Virus record (IMG/VR): IMGVR_UViG_3300037110_000087
Coordinates: 186,001-250,000 of that record
Length of the DNA: 64,000 bases
Direction: 5' to 3' (one strand)
Part shown: positions 48,715 through 57,539 of the stretch, piece after piece
How the letters are laid out: each line of letters starts with the position of its first letter
Numbering within the stretch: position 1 is the first letter of the stretch
Position numbers and translations under genes: made by a program
The notes under the pieces: model-generated
What the model was told of the DNA's origin: nothing
Seen by the model: only the letters and a program-made list of their open reading frames with translations
The model's database searches: none

Positions 48715-49815
48715 TTAATGGTAGAGATCTTCAATCTCCTTTAACCATTGATGTAATGAGTGCTTGCTGTAATTGTCCAAACTTCTCTGGCAAATCACTT
48801 GATGTATTGCTAGTTTTCTCATCCACCAAACGCGCAACATCTTCCTGATGATATCTCGACTATCCGTGGGATCAGCTTGAGTATGCCGAGGTGACCAGAG
48901 GACTTCTTTCGAAGTAACAATTGGGAGGCCCACATGGGTCATATCAGCGCCTACGATATTGAAAGTCTCTGAGAAACTAACTTGGAGTCCGATATCCATG
49001 GTCTTCAGTACTTCTAAAAATTGTTCGTGGGGGTACCAACCATGCTCTACTAGTTCATGACCTGAGAGTTTGGAGAACAACATCCGCAAATTCTTAAGGA
49101 TCTCCTTGCTACCTGCTCCCTCGATTCGTCCACCATTAATATGGAACCTGAGTTTCTTGCCTTTGAGTTCAGCAAACTTAAGGGCAGCGATCGCTTGCAT
49201 TAGATGGTTCTTCAGAGGTCTAATAGCTCCGAAGCAAGCAGCATCAAGATATTCATCCTCGACTTTTTCGGCCCCACGCTTCTTGTGGTCATGAGCATAA
49301 ATATTGGGAAAGAAAACTACCCGGTCCTTTCTCTCAGGGAAAGCCGAATTAACCATAATGGTCATGTCGCGGAGAGAACGGTAGGAATTCGCTGATACGA
49401 AGACATTTGGGTGTCTAAGATACTCAATGGTCCAGTCCATTACCACCCCTTCCTGGGCAGCAAACGGAATCTCTGAGTGATTCCTGATAATCCACTTCAC
49501 TTTAGGATGGAGCGGAAGTAAATCAAGGAATTTACTAGGCACTACCCAATAAGCCTCAATAATGACAATATCAGGTCTGAATAGAGTCACTTCACGGTCA
49601 ATGAAACTATTGTCCTGCACATGAACCAGTTTGGCATCAACCTTCCCGGTTCCCTTGAGAGCTTCACAGACGAATCTAGCACTATTGAACAAGCCAGAAC
49701 TCATCTCTTCGCCTTTGCCTTTATTGGGAGGAATGTCAGAGTATGGCCCCCAGGTATTTTCTCGATGCTTCAATACGAACAGAACTTTAGGGTTCCGTTT
49801 CATCTCTTGATCCAT
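48715..49815 (-). CDS. GT-B fold (GT4-like) glycosyltransferase
   Basis: FGAIRPLKN, HGWYPH, QVSFSETFNIVGAD...GLPIV. Confidence 0.8.
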   Translation of the reverse strand: MDQEMKRNPKVLFVLKHRENTWGPYSDIPPNKGKGEEMSSGLFNSARFVCEALKGTGKVDAKLVHVQDNSFIDREVTLFRPDIVIIEAYWVVPSKFLDLLPLHPKVKWIIRNHSEIPFAAQEGVVMDWTIEYLRHPNVFVSANSYRSLRDMTIMVNSAFPERKDRVVFFPNIYAHDHKKRGAEKVEDEYLDAACFGAIRPLKNHLMQAIAALKFAELKGKKLRFHINGGRIEGAGSKEILKNLRMLFSKLSGHELVEHGWYPHEQFLEVLKTMDIGLQVSFSETFNIVGADMTHVGLPIVTSKEVLWSPRHTQADPTDSRDIIRKMLRVWWMRKLAIHQVICQRSLDNYSKHSLHQWLKEIEDLYH

Positions 49816-49883
49816 TATACTCACCCCTACCAATAGGATATCATCCTATTGGTAGTAACCTCTGTGGTTACGGGGTATACAGC

Positions 49884-49908
49884 AAAGCCCGGAGATCCTC
49901 CGGGCTTT
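49884..49908 (-). terminator. terminator after purZ
   Basis: AAAGCCCGGAG / CTCCGGGCTTT. Confidence 0.65.
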
Positions 49909-49922
49909 TACTGCTTGAATTA

Positions 49923-51254
49923 TTAGATCAGTTCAATCAGTTCCGATCTCTTTGCTCCAGTGCCAAGATAAGCAATCTTGGCTCTCTGATGAACACCCTG
50001 ATAGAACTGGGTGTCATTGACCCATTTGACGAATTCGTGGACATTTGGGTACTCCCTCAGGTCGTCCATGGTCATCGGACCCTTCACCCCTGCGATATTA
50101 GCATCCAGATAATTCAGGAAGTTGATCGTGATATGAGTGGGCATGCAGCTCATGGTCGAGGTTCGCAGCTGAATGGCAGAGCGGGTGAATACCCGACGAA
50201 TGCGCTTAGTCAGGCTGGTCTTCTCCTTGACTGCGTTGCCAGTCATCCGTGAAACCTCTTCCCATGAGATTTCCTGCTGATCAGGGTAGCAACCACCGGA
50301 ACTGCCTAGGTTGATGACACCATTGAAGATTTTATCATCGATCGTCCAACCCACGAACTTCTCTGCCTCATTCTTGATTTCCTGTGCGGTTACGGTGATA
50401 TTGAGAGCACCATTCCCGGCCCACACTAACGTGGTCGGATCGTAGCCCTTCTCAGATCCGTCCGCGAATTTGAAGACGATACTGCCACCACTGTTCGAAC
50501 CATCACCCACCCGGATTGGGAAAGTGCGTAGGTTGAGAATCACTGAACCCAACAACTGATAGGGAACGAAGGACATCCCAGCGAATGCGGAAGGATTGAT
50601 ATTACGTGAAGTACAGGCTGGATAGAACTTACCTACTTCAGTAGTAGACTTTGGATCATCAAAGATCAGGTCCATAGAGAGATCAAATCCCTGAGCAGTT
50701 TCCAGAAGGCCGGTCTGACCCTGCTGCAACCATTCGACTACTAATCTCTGCACATTGGCGATATAGGGACGAAGCTCAGGGACCTGATCAGCAGTGCGTG
50801 TCATCTTATGTCGCATGACTTTGTGTCCCTTGGCCGCGCCTACGCCAGACATAGTAGAACCAATACATCCAAGGTTCTCCTCTTCCCATTTGATCTGTTC
50901 AGCAGTGATGACCGGCATGTTGGGATGGATGAAGAGTCGCCCTGGTTCCATCTTCCAATCTTCAATTTCCTTGAGCATCTGTGGCAGCTGAACTGCAGCA
51001 TCCGCACCCATTACAACCTTGGTGCTGCAGCAAGAAACAGCAGAGGGGAGTGCATTAAACTTGTAGGTATCGAAGCCATTGACTGGTTCATCAAATACGG
51101 TAATATGGGATGCGTTGTGTGAATTATGCGAGATTGCGAAGTCAAGATTTTCAACACTGGCTAGATAGTCAGAGAACTTGCCTTTGCCTCCGCTTCCCCA
51201 TGATCCGGAATCAATGGGTCCAACTGCTAGCTTGCCAGAGTGCAAAATGCTCAT
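49923..51254 (-). CDS. purZ: PurZ, N6-succino-2-amino-dAMP synthase (PurA paralogue)
   Basis: WGSGGKGK (Ser replaces PurA catalytic Asp), NASH, GSTMSGVG, ETAQG, YPACTSR, RTFPIRVG, YPDQQEISWE, TKRIRRVF, NFLNY. Confidence 0.85.
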   Translation of the reverse strand: MSILHSGKLAVGPIDSGSWGSGGKGKFSDYLASVENLDFAISHNSHNASHITVFDEPVNGFDTYKFNALPSAVSCCSTKVVMGADAAVQLPQMLKEIEDWKMEPGRLFIHPNMPVITAEQIKWEEENLGCIGSTMSGVGAAKGHKVMRHKMTRTADQVPELRPYIANVQRLVVEWLQQGQTGLLETAQGFDLSMDLIFDDPKSTTEVGKFYPACTSRNINPSAFAGMSFVPYQLLGSVILNLRTFPIRVGDGSNSGGSIVFKFADGSEKGYDPTTLVWAGNGALNITVTAQEIKNEAEKFVGWTIDDKIFNGVINLGSSGGCYPDQQEISWEEVSRMTGNAVKEKTSLTKRIRRVFTRSAIQLRTSTMSCMPTHITINFLNYLDANIAGVKGPMTMDDLREYPNVHEFVKWVNDTQFYQGVHQRAKIAYLGTGAKRSELIELI

Positions 51255-51353
51255 AAGCCCTTCTCCATTTCAATCTGTAAGTGATTGCCTATCTCTAACC
51301 CTTGTTCAACTGGCCTGTAATCACTTCTTTACTCAATTGACAAATAACAGATC

Positions 51354-51662
51354 TCAAACCAGATTCGATCTCTTCAATTGGGGTCTTTGGCACATATTGG
51401 TCCAAAAGCCTACCACGGTACCTTCCGCGCCTTTCACCAAGAAGTGCTTAGAGCGCATCCAGCCAGGGGCACTCTCTTGAGTAATATTTGGGGTCTTAGC
51501 AAGGGCTACCCGATCCCCTACCTTAAATGGAGCGAACCGCGACATCAGGAGGTCATAGCTAGCAACTAGCTGATCCAAATTCCATCCAATATCCCAGACA
51601 TTGAGTTTGGAAAATTCCTTGTATGCCTCGACAAGTTGTCTGACTTTTTCAACACTTGGCAT
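51354..51662 (-). CDS. hypothetical protein
   Basis: SD GGAGG. Confidence 0.6.
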   Translation of the reverse strand: MPSVEKVRQLVEAYKEFSKLNVWDIGWNLDQLVASYDLLMSRFAPFKVGDRVALAKTPNITQESAPGWMRSKHFLVKGAEGTVVGFWTNMCQRPQLKRSNLV

Positions 51663-51682
51663 TTCTACCTCCGGATATGACT

Positions 51683-51720
51683 AGCGGGTGTTAAGAGCAT
51701 CAACGATCTTAACACCCGCT
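51683..51720 (-). terminator. long hairpin
   Basis: AGCGGGTGTTAAGA / TCTTAACACCCGCT. Confidence 0.55.
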
Positions 51721-51726
51721 TGTTAG

Positions 51727-52770
51727 TTAGAAGACCTTGGCCCAATCCCTATCGAAACTGTCGCAGATCTTGTCCAGGGCTTTGTGCATGTAGACTGAAT
51801 CCTTATATTGCACACTGTCTACCATTAACGCAACCTCAATCTTTCTAGTATCACGACTGACCGAGAAGGTGAAAACATGAGGGCAAGTACAGGGGTCAAC
51901 TCGGGATTCCTTGACTTCGGGATTGTAACCATCATAACGACTCCTGAAAGCCACCTGCATCTCCTCAAGCATTGACTTGCCATGGAGAGTGACCGAAATG
52001 AGGAATTCCGGTTCGGTTTCCTTGGCAACCTGCGGCCTGAGTCTGAAAGAGAAGATACTAGGCATACCCGCATTACCGGCCCAGTGGGTGAAACCAAATA
52101 CTTGATTGCTCAAGGCTCCCTCGACAGTAGCTCCCTTTTCTTCCACTGGAACATAACCGAAGCTACTAGAAGCACTACACTGAAGGGTTCCATCAGTGAC
52201 AATAGAACTAGCACTGGTTGGAGTGCTCGTGTTTGCGGTGCTGCATGTGAACTGCATTCCTCTGAGGATATCTGAGGCTCCACCAGAAGCGCCAAGATTC
52301 ATACTCTGGGCCTCCACCCTACGGGAACCCAGCTTGAGTTCAGAACTGCACCAGGGATCCTTGCGATAGAAAGGTTCCCCCCATGTCTGAGCATATAGTT
52401 TATACTCCTTGCGCTCCCGGTGGACAGTGACAATAATATCACCATTGGAGGGATTGGTTGGATCAGCGACGGCATCATTATCCGCCTTGACGAACTTGAA
52501 TTTGCGATCAACATCGACAAATCGTTCGATATAATCGACATCACCCTTGTCTAGAATCAGTCCACCACCGCTGACATTAGCACCGTCGATGGAAATTTCC
52601 ACTCTGATACGGCAGTCATTCTGATTCTTGATCAGAAATTTATACTGGGTGTCGAAGGGGATGAACACTTCACAAGAGCGTCCACTTCTGTTCTTCCTTG
52701 GAGAGTACTCTCTCAAGGGCCGTTTCTGATCGTCGACAAGCGCGACAACTACGTTATCGTAATGCATCAT
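51727..52770 (-). CDS. hypothetical protein (beta-rich N-terminal domain)
   Basis: YKFLIKNQN..RIRVEISIDG, ERF...RKFKF, GATVEG; SD AGGAG. Confidence 0.7.
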   Translation of the reverse strand: MMHYDNVVVALVDDQKRPLREYSPRKNRSGRSCEVFIPFDTQYKFLIKNQNDCRIRVEISIDGANVSGGGLILDKGDVDYIERFVDVDRKFKFVKADNDAVADPTNPSNGDIIVTVHRERKEYKLYAQTWGEPFYRKDPWCSSELKLGSRRVEAQSMNLGASGGASDILRGMQFTCSTANTSTPTSASSIVTDGTLQCSASSSFGYVPVEEKGATVEGALSNQVFGFTHWAGNAGMPSIFSFRLRPQVAKETEPEFLISVTLHGKSMLEEMQVAFRSRYDGYNPEVKESRVDPCTCPHVFTFSVSRDTRKIEVALMVDSVQYKDSVYMHKALDKICDSFDRDWAKVF

Positions 52771-52867
52771 TTTCTACTCCTAATTTTAAAGTCGAGGGCT
52801 ACGACTAGTTGGTTAAAGCCCTGGGTGTTGATGCTTATTTAGTATAACATGTTCCAATTTCATTTAA

Positions 52868-53086
52868 TTAGAGAGGGTCAGTCAGCGCTAGCTTCTTCTC
52901 TATCTGTTTGATGCGCAAATACCGGCGCTCTTGGCGCTTTTCTGCTTCCGAGAATCCAGGGACGCCACAACACGGACAACATACTCCGCCGTCTTCCCAA
53001 AACTGCCGCTCTATTTCTCCAAGTCTAATATCCTCACGTTGTATCTTTGCTTTCAGGTTGGCTAGCTCTTCGCGTAATAAGCTCAT
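52868..53086 (-). CDS. small coiled-coil/Cys protein
   Basis: CCPCC. Confidence 0.55.
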   Translation of the reverse strand: MSLLREELANLKAKIQREDIRLGEIERQFWEDGGVCCPCCGVPGFSEAEKRQERRYLRIKQIEKKLALTDPL

Positions 53087-53182
53087 GTCACGCCGAAGTC
53101 CAAACGAGAACGAGAATTATTAGTATAATTGTCAATGCATCTTCTATTAATGAATGACCTGAATTTTTATAAGCTATGGTCA

Positions 53183-53914
53183 TCATATCAGCCCACCTAG
53201 TACATCATCTTCTGAATGGCCATCACGAGCAACAGCTTCACGAGCAGCAACAGGAATTTTAGCCAATTCCTCGGCAGTTAACATCCGCTCCCTGGTAATA
53301 CGTTTGAGATAAGTACCACGCTTGAAGAAGTCTGGATAATCATTCCAGTTGACTCCCTTAGCATGCAACATCTCGTGTTTTTCAGCACTGCCCTTTTTAT
53401 GGAGTTCCTTGTGGCTGTAGAATGCACCTGCGGCCATGGTGATGGAATTCTTGGTAGCATCCATTTCACGCCATTCGAGAACCTCGATAACAGTTTCAAT
53501 ATTGGGCACCTGCCAGACACGACAATCCAGGCATGGATATTTTCTAGCTTTCTCCGGAATTTCCCTTTCTAGATGTGCATTGAAAAACGCTGCGGCCAAG
53601 GATGGAAGAATGCTCGCGAGCTTGTGGATCCTTCCACCAAAAATCAACTCGTTCTTAGGTAGGAATACTAGAGTAATTTCGTCACTTTGTGTATAGCCTA
53701 AGTCCGCTTGGTTCTCGTCTATCAGATATTTGGTGGTTTCTATCATAAGTCTAGACAATCTCTCATCATAGGGTCTTTTTAATCCACGGGTGAAAGTATG
53801 CCAGGACTTCCCATCTAATCTCGCAATTATCGGCAAGCCTGGAATAAATAGTCGTCCAGCTTCGATCATTTCGAATTTCTTCATCCGATCGCCCAATTCA
53901 TCCGTGTAACCCAT
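53183..53914 (-). CDS. tRNA(His) guanylyltransferase Thg1-like (3'-5' polymerase)
   Basis: RLDGKSWHTFT, YTQSDEI, GRIHKL, DCRV, WREMDATKN, NWND. Confidence 0.9.
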   Translation of the reverse strand: MGYTDELGDRMKKFEMIEAGRLFIPGLPIIARLDGKSWHTFTRGLKRPYDERLSRLMIETTKYLIDENQADLGYTQSDEITLVFLPKNELIFGGRIHKLASILPSLAAAFFNAHLEREIPEKARKYPCLDCRVWQVPNIETVIEVLEWREMDATKNSITMAAGAFYSHKELHKKGSAEKHEMLHAKGVNWNDYPDFFKRGTYLKRITRERMLTAEELAKIPVAAREAVARDGHSEDDVLGGLI

Positions 53915-53916
53915 TT

Positions 53917-54690
53917 TTACCCCTCATATATTCCGCTTCTTATTACATGATAGCGAACTGAACTCGGACTGGTTCCGAATATTCTAGCTATCTCACTGCA
54001 GTTGTTTCCTTCTCTATAGAGTCTAACAAAATCTCCTTTGTTAGTAACATGGTTGGCTTGTTTGGTTATATCATGTTTGTATTCTTTGTACTTCCACTTG
54101 TAAGAATATTCTGGAACCGGACAATTTCCGATATAATCCAGAAATTCTTTTATACAAATATGTGGGATAATGGTCAAATACCCTTTATCCTTAGTGGAGC
54201 TGACTCTGGCTCTTCTTGCTCTGAATTGTGATAACTGAGGTAGAATGGTTTCATCAAGCTCGTCTTTGGTGAAACAGTTAGTTGCCAATTTAATATTCTG
54301 GCTACCCGCGTGAGTATCTAAATTACCATCTCCGATGTACCAAATAAGACAAGATAGCGAGGTTAATATAAGATCCTTCGGTATAATTTTGACATCGGGG
54401 TACCATTTATTCCTGATGGGGGCAAAAGTGATGTTCTGCTGGGTTTGGAATGAATATCTAGTATAAGTCTTGGTAGTTCTCCTATCATACACTAGTGTGG
54501 TCATGATTCCTGCGGGGGTGATTAAATTACTGAAGAATCTAGACACAAACTCGACATGAGATCTAATACTAGAAGAGTAGTGTAAAGAGGAACTCTCATT
54601 AGAGACTTTCTTAAGACATCCATCACCAAGAAGAGCGCCTTGGAGCGCCTCTAGTTGAATTGTGGTTAACTCTATTGGTTTATTTCTCAT
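53917..54690 (-). CDS. LAGLIDADG homing endonuclease (free-standing) with C-terminal HTH
   Basis: GALLGDG, WYIGDG, LATNCFT, YSYKW. Confidence 0.85.
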   Translation of the reverse strand: MRNKPIELTTIQLEALQGALLGDGCLKKVSNESSSLHYSSSIRSHVEFVSRFFSNLITPAGIMTTLVYDRRTTKTYTRYSFQTQQNITFAPIRNKWYPDVKIIPKDLILTSLSCLIWYIGDGNLDTHAGSQNIKLATNCFTKDELDETILPQLSQFRARRARVSSTKDKGYLTIIPHICIKEFLDYIGNCPVPEYSYKWKYKEYKHDITKQANHVTNKGDFVRLYREGNNCSEIARIFGTSPSSVRYHVIRSGIYEG

Positions 54691-54692
54691 AT

Positions 54693-54730
54693 TTTACTCC
54701 CCATTGTAGATTAACACAACGGGGAGTAAA
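54693..54730 (-). promoter_or_regulatory. hairpin sequestering the SD of the LAGLIDADG gene
   Basis: TTTACTCCCC / GGGGAGTAAA directly before ATG. Confidence 0.6.
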
Positions 54731-54758
54731 CCTGCCAAACATTATTCATCGAAATCAG

Positions 54759-54995
54759 TTATCCAATGACCTTGGTGTGAAACACGTGGTCTTTCAAATA
54801 ACAGAGGTCGTCCACCATGACCATGTTCTGTCCATTAGAATATTCGAAATGCAGATAGCCTTTCCAATGACTGCCATCGTCATGTCTTGCCAATCCCCGA
54901 TAAGAAGCCATTCGGAGAGTGTCATAGTTATCGCAGATGAGGTAGTTGTCTCCTTCGATCAGTTCTTCAGCCCTTGCCGGAATCAGGATTTTCAT
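54759..54995 (-). CDS. hypothetical protein
   Basis: from MKILIP, SD GGAG. Confidence 0.5.
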   Translation of the reverse strand: MKILIPARAEELIEGDNYLICDNYDTLRMASYRGLARHDDGSHWKGYLHFEYSNGQNMVMVDDLCYLKDHVFHTKVIG

Positions 54996-55464
54996 CGTCT
55001 CTCCAGAGAGTGTAGTCAGTAAGCGGAGGGAAACCAGGGAGATTGATCGCATACTTCGGATCAGTAGGCAAGATTGGAATCTTCTCTGTTTCTACCTTCT
55101 CATGTTCCGTTGGCAACCCAAATTTTTCCGCGATCTCTACGGCCAATGAGACTGTTGCAGCATCACCAACCACCGCATCCTTGGGATAGCCAAGTGAAGC
55201 CTCGAGAATCTGTTGGGTTTGCATCACTTCAAGCTCGTAGGTCGCATAGAGCTTCCGCATCCGACGATTCTCATCATCCACACCCTTGTAATACCAATGC
55301 TGCTGAGTCCCAGTGACTTCTAAGCCGCAGGCTGAACATTTGAACTTCGCATCTGCGTAAGGGACAACCGGACAGTCTGTTTCAGCCAGTAGAAAGACAT
55401 GAGGCATTCCCTTGCACAATGATTTACTTGATTGTTCGGTAGGTCTAAATGAATCGGTGTTCAT
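54967..55464 (-). CDS. hypothetical protein
   Basis: SD AAGGAG. Confidence 0.6.
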   Translation of the reverse strand: MNTDSFRPTEQSSKSLCKGMPHVFLLAETDCPVVPYADAKFKCSACGLEVTGTQQHWYYKGVDDENRRMRKLYATYELEVMQTQQILEASLGYPKDAVVGDAATVSLAVEIAEKFGLPTEHEKVETEKIPILPTDPKYAINLPGFPPLTDYTLWRDDENPDSGKG

Positions 55465-55508
55465 GTTGCTCCTTGTTTGCTACAGCATAAATTCTAACAA
55501 ATTCATCG

Positions 55509-55787
55509 TCAAGATTTAGACAAGGCCAAGGAGAATACAATATCGAGATAAGCGCTTTCAGGCATGCTCTCACAGCATTTGACAAAGTAATTGAACGAGA
55601 ACTCGTTCTGGATCATCAGAATCTCTTCGGCTGGATTCTCGGTAGTAGGGGTTTCGCCACCAATCCATCTTTCCATAACAATTCCAATCTGGCCTTCATC
55701 CATCTCATAGGTATAATCACCGAACTTGACTGATCCACCTTTAAATAAATACCTGAGAATATTTACGGAGCGCTTACCATCAGACAT
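55509..55787 (-). CDS. hypothetical protein
   Basis: overlap-coupled to mazZ. Confidence 0.6.
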   Translation of the reverse strand: MSDGKRSVNILRYLFKGGSVKFGDYTYEMDEGQIGIVMERWIGGETPTTENPAEEILMIQNEFSFNYFVKCCESMPESAYLDIVFSLALSKS

Positions 55788-56103
55788 GACTCATGACCCC
55801 CTTGCTATTGATCTTCCACTCCCTCTTCTCATTGATTTCAATCTTCTCAATCAATGCAAGACCAGAATCACCTCCGGTCTTGCCGACCTGATAAGCTAGG
55901 TCTAATACAAGGATGAAAAGGTCAGCATGTTCGTGAAGATCTCCGGGATCCTTCGTGATTTCAAGAATCTCCTCCCAGAATTTATCAAATACAGATTGGG
56001 GAGTGCGATGTGGATAAACCCGATCTGCCCAACCAGTTACTCTCGTCTGAATCAGATCGAAAGCACTTAAGATTATTTTCCGTTCCTCGTCCGTAAAAAT
56101 CAT
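55780..56103 (-). CDS. mazZ: MazZ / DUF550 dGTP(dATP) pyrophosphohydrolase
   Basis: W..xxYP.R.P....K..EEI.E.....D..E.AD..IL.LDLA...G....K..IN..R.W....G.M.H, the MazG-like all-alpha pattern of MazZ. Confidence 0.8.
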   Translation of the reverse strand: MIFTDEERKIILSAFDLIQTRVTGWADRVYPHRTPQSVFDKFWEEILEITKDPGDLHEHADLFILVLDLAYQVGKTGGDSGLALIEKIEINEKREWKINSKGVMSHV

Positions 56104-56570
56104 TAAGGCAGAGCCTGAATAACGATCTTGTTTGGACTACGATGGAGAGCATGGGCAGGAAGAACTTCTCCCTCAGGGGGTGGGGTGGAAGGAGCAGGGG
56201 CTTCTTCTTGAACAAAATTCTCCCGCCATTGATTTGCTTCCTCCCTTGCATTTTCCCGGCGTTCCCGAATCAAAGCCTTGAAGATATTCAGGTAAAGAAT
56301 CAGATCGTCGGCACGACCTTCGATATTCTCACTATATTCAAAGGTTTCATCAATGGCGACGTCGCCCACATAAGTGCTGATGGAATCGAAGTGCTTGGCA
56401 GCGTAGACGAACCAGATTTGCAAAGGATCGAGATTAATTCGTTCCGCATTGCGTTTGAAGTTGGCTAACTGATCCGATGATCCGGCGTATTCCCGGCCTT
56501 TGGTCTTGGTAAGGTCCATCATCTTCTGGTGGGTTTCTTCCAGCAGTTTGATAAAAGCTTCTTTATCCAA
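56103..56570 (-). CDS. Nucleotide-modification-associated domain 1 (Nmad1/DUF1599-like, MazG superfamily)
   Basis: KGREYA....LANF, K.FDSI, E.IEGRADDLILY. Confidence 0.65.
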   Translation of the reverse strand: MDKEAFIKLLEETHQKMMDLTKTKGREYAGSSDQLANFKRNAERINLDPLQIWFVYAAKHFDSISTYVGDVAIDETFEYSENIEGRADDLILYLNIFKALIRERRENAREEANQWRENFVQEEAPAPSTPPPEGEVLPAHALHRSPNKIVIQALP

Positions 56571-56580
56571 TTTATTGCTC

Positions 56581-56916
56581 CTATTTCTTGGCCTTTTTCT
56601 TGGTTTCCATCTTTGTCACATTAGTAGTGACTGGCTTCGTGATCTGCTGCTGCGCCCTGATACCTTCCAGTTGATGAGCAAATGCCTTGATGACAGCATC
56701 TACCACGCTTGTCCAGGTAGGAGTCTCTGGAGTAAGACCAGCGCGACAGACCACATTCTGATCTTCCATCTCAGGAAGAGCAACTTCAAAACGAATCAAC
56801 TGCTGTATGGTACCATCCTCTAACTGGCCGGGATGTTCAAGAGTGACCAGGGTATTGATCCATACTGGGTCAATTTTAGCCTGAAAGTATTCTCTGATTT
56901 CACTAATTGTTTCCAT
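56581..56916 (-). CDS. hypothetical protein
   Basis: ORF in operon. Confidence 0.6.
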   Translation of the reverse strand: METISEIREYFQAKIDPVWINTLVTLEHPGQLEDGTIQQLIRFEVALPEMEDQNVVCRAGLTPETPTWTSVVDAVIKAFAHQLEGIRAQQQITKPVTTNVTKMETKKKAKK

Positions 56917-57523
56917 TATTGCTCCATGGAAGAAAGACTACGAATTCTTCAGGACTCCGTAGTGGTTTGATTTCCGCACGAGATTTCATAATATCCGCGA
57001 GAGTAACCCATTGCCCCTGAGGGGCCATTGAGTAGTTTGGCCTTAAAAGATCCTGTTGTTCTCTCTGATGGGTTAACTTCGGTTCACCAGCCCAACCCGG
57101 AGATTTGATAATTGACCATCCCTGAGTCACGCCAAGGTCGCGCTGAAAGAGAGTCACATTCGCCGCATCACCAAATCCAGCCCAAGTAACTCTTGGATGG
57201 GGGTTTAAGGTCATGAGAGTTATGATTTGAGAGTTACGATGTTTGATCACATGAATATGATCACTGGTGAGTGGATAGATTACGCATTCCGCGTATTCTT
57301 TGACCCCATGATTTCCTTCCTTGATCTTGATGATCAGATCATTAGGTCTGTTCATGGCGTACATTACCAACATGGGAGCTTCCATGCGCTGATCGGCCTG
57401 ATCCTTGATCAGACAAATCTCAGCATTCGAATGCTTTGCCCACTGGGCAATGAATTTATCGACGAACTGATCCGCGAAACTATTCTCGCGATCCGGACCT
57501 ATGACTGCAATTAGTTTACCCAT
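56903..57523 (-). CDS. hypothetical protein
   Basis: SD GGGAG. Confidence 0.6.
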   Translation of the reverse strand: MGKLIAVIGPDRENSFADQFVDKFIAQWAKHSNAEICLIKDQADQRMEAPMLVMYAMNRPNDLIIKIKEGNHGVKEYAECVIYPLTSDHIHVIKHRNSQIITLMTLNPHPRVTWAGFGDAANVTLFQRDLGVTQGWSIIKSPGWAGEPKLTHQREQQDLLRPNYSMAPQGQWVTLADIMKSRAEIKPLRSPEEFVVFLPWSNNGNN

Positions 57524-57539
57524 GATATCTCCCTCTTCC

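Noticed and set aside
49923-51254. Annotation as ordinary adenylosuccinate synthetase purA
   Set aside because: Catalytic Asp is replaced by Ser, NFxNY is present, and DatZ/MazZ-like genes are nearby
53183-54759. Group I intron around the LAGLIDADG gene
   Set aside because: Flanking thg1 is complete and there is no non-coding room for intron core elements
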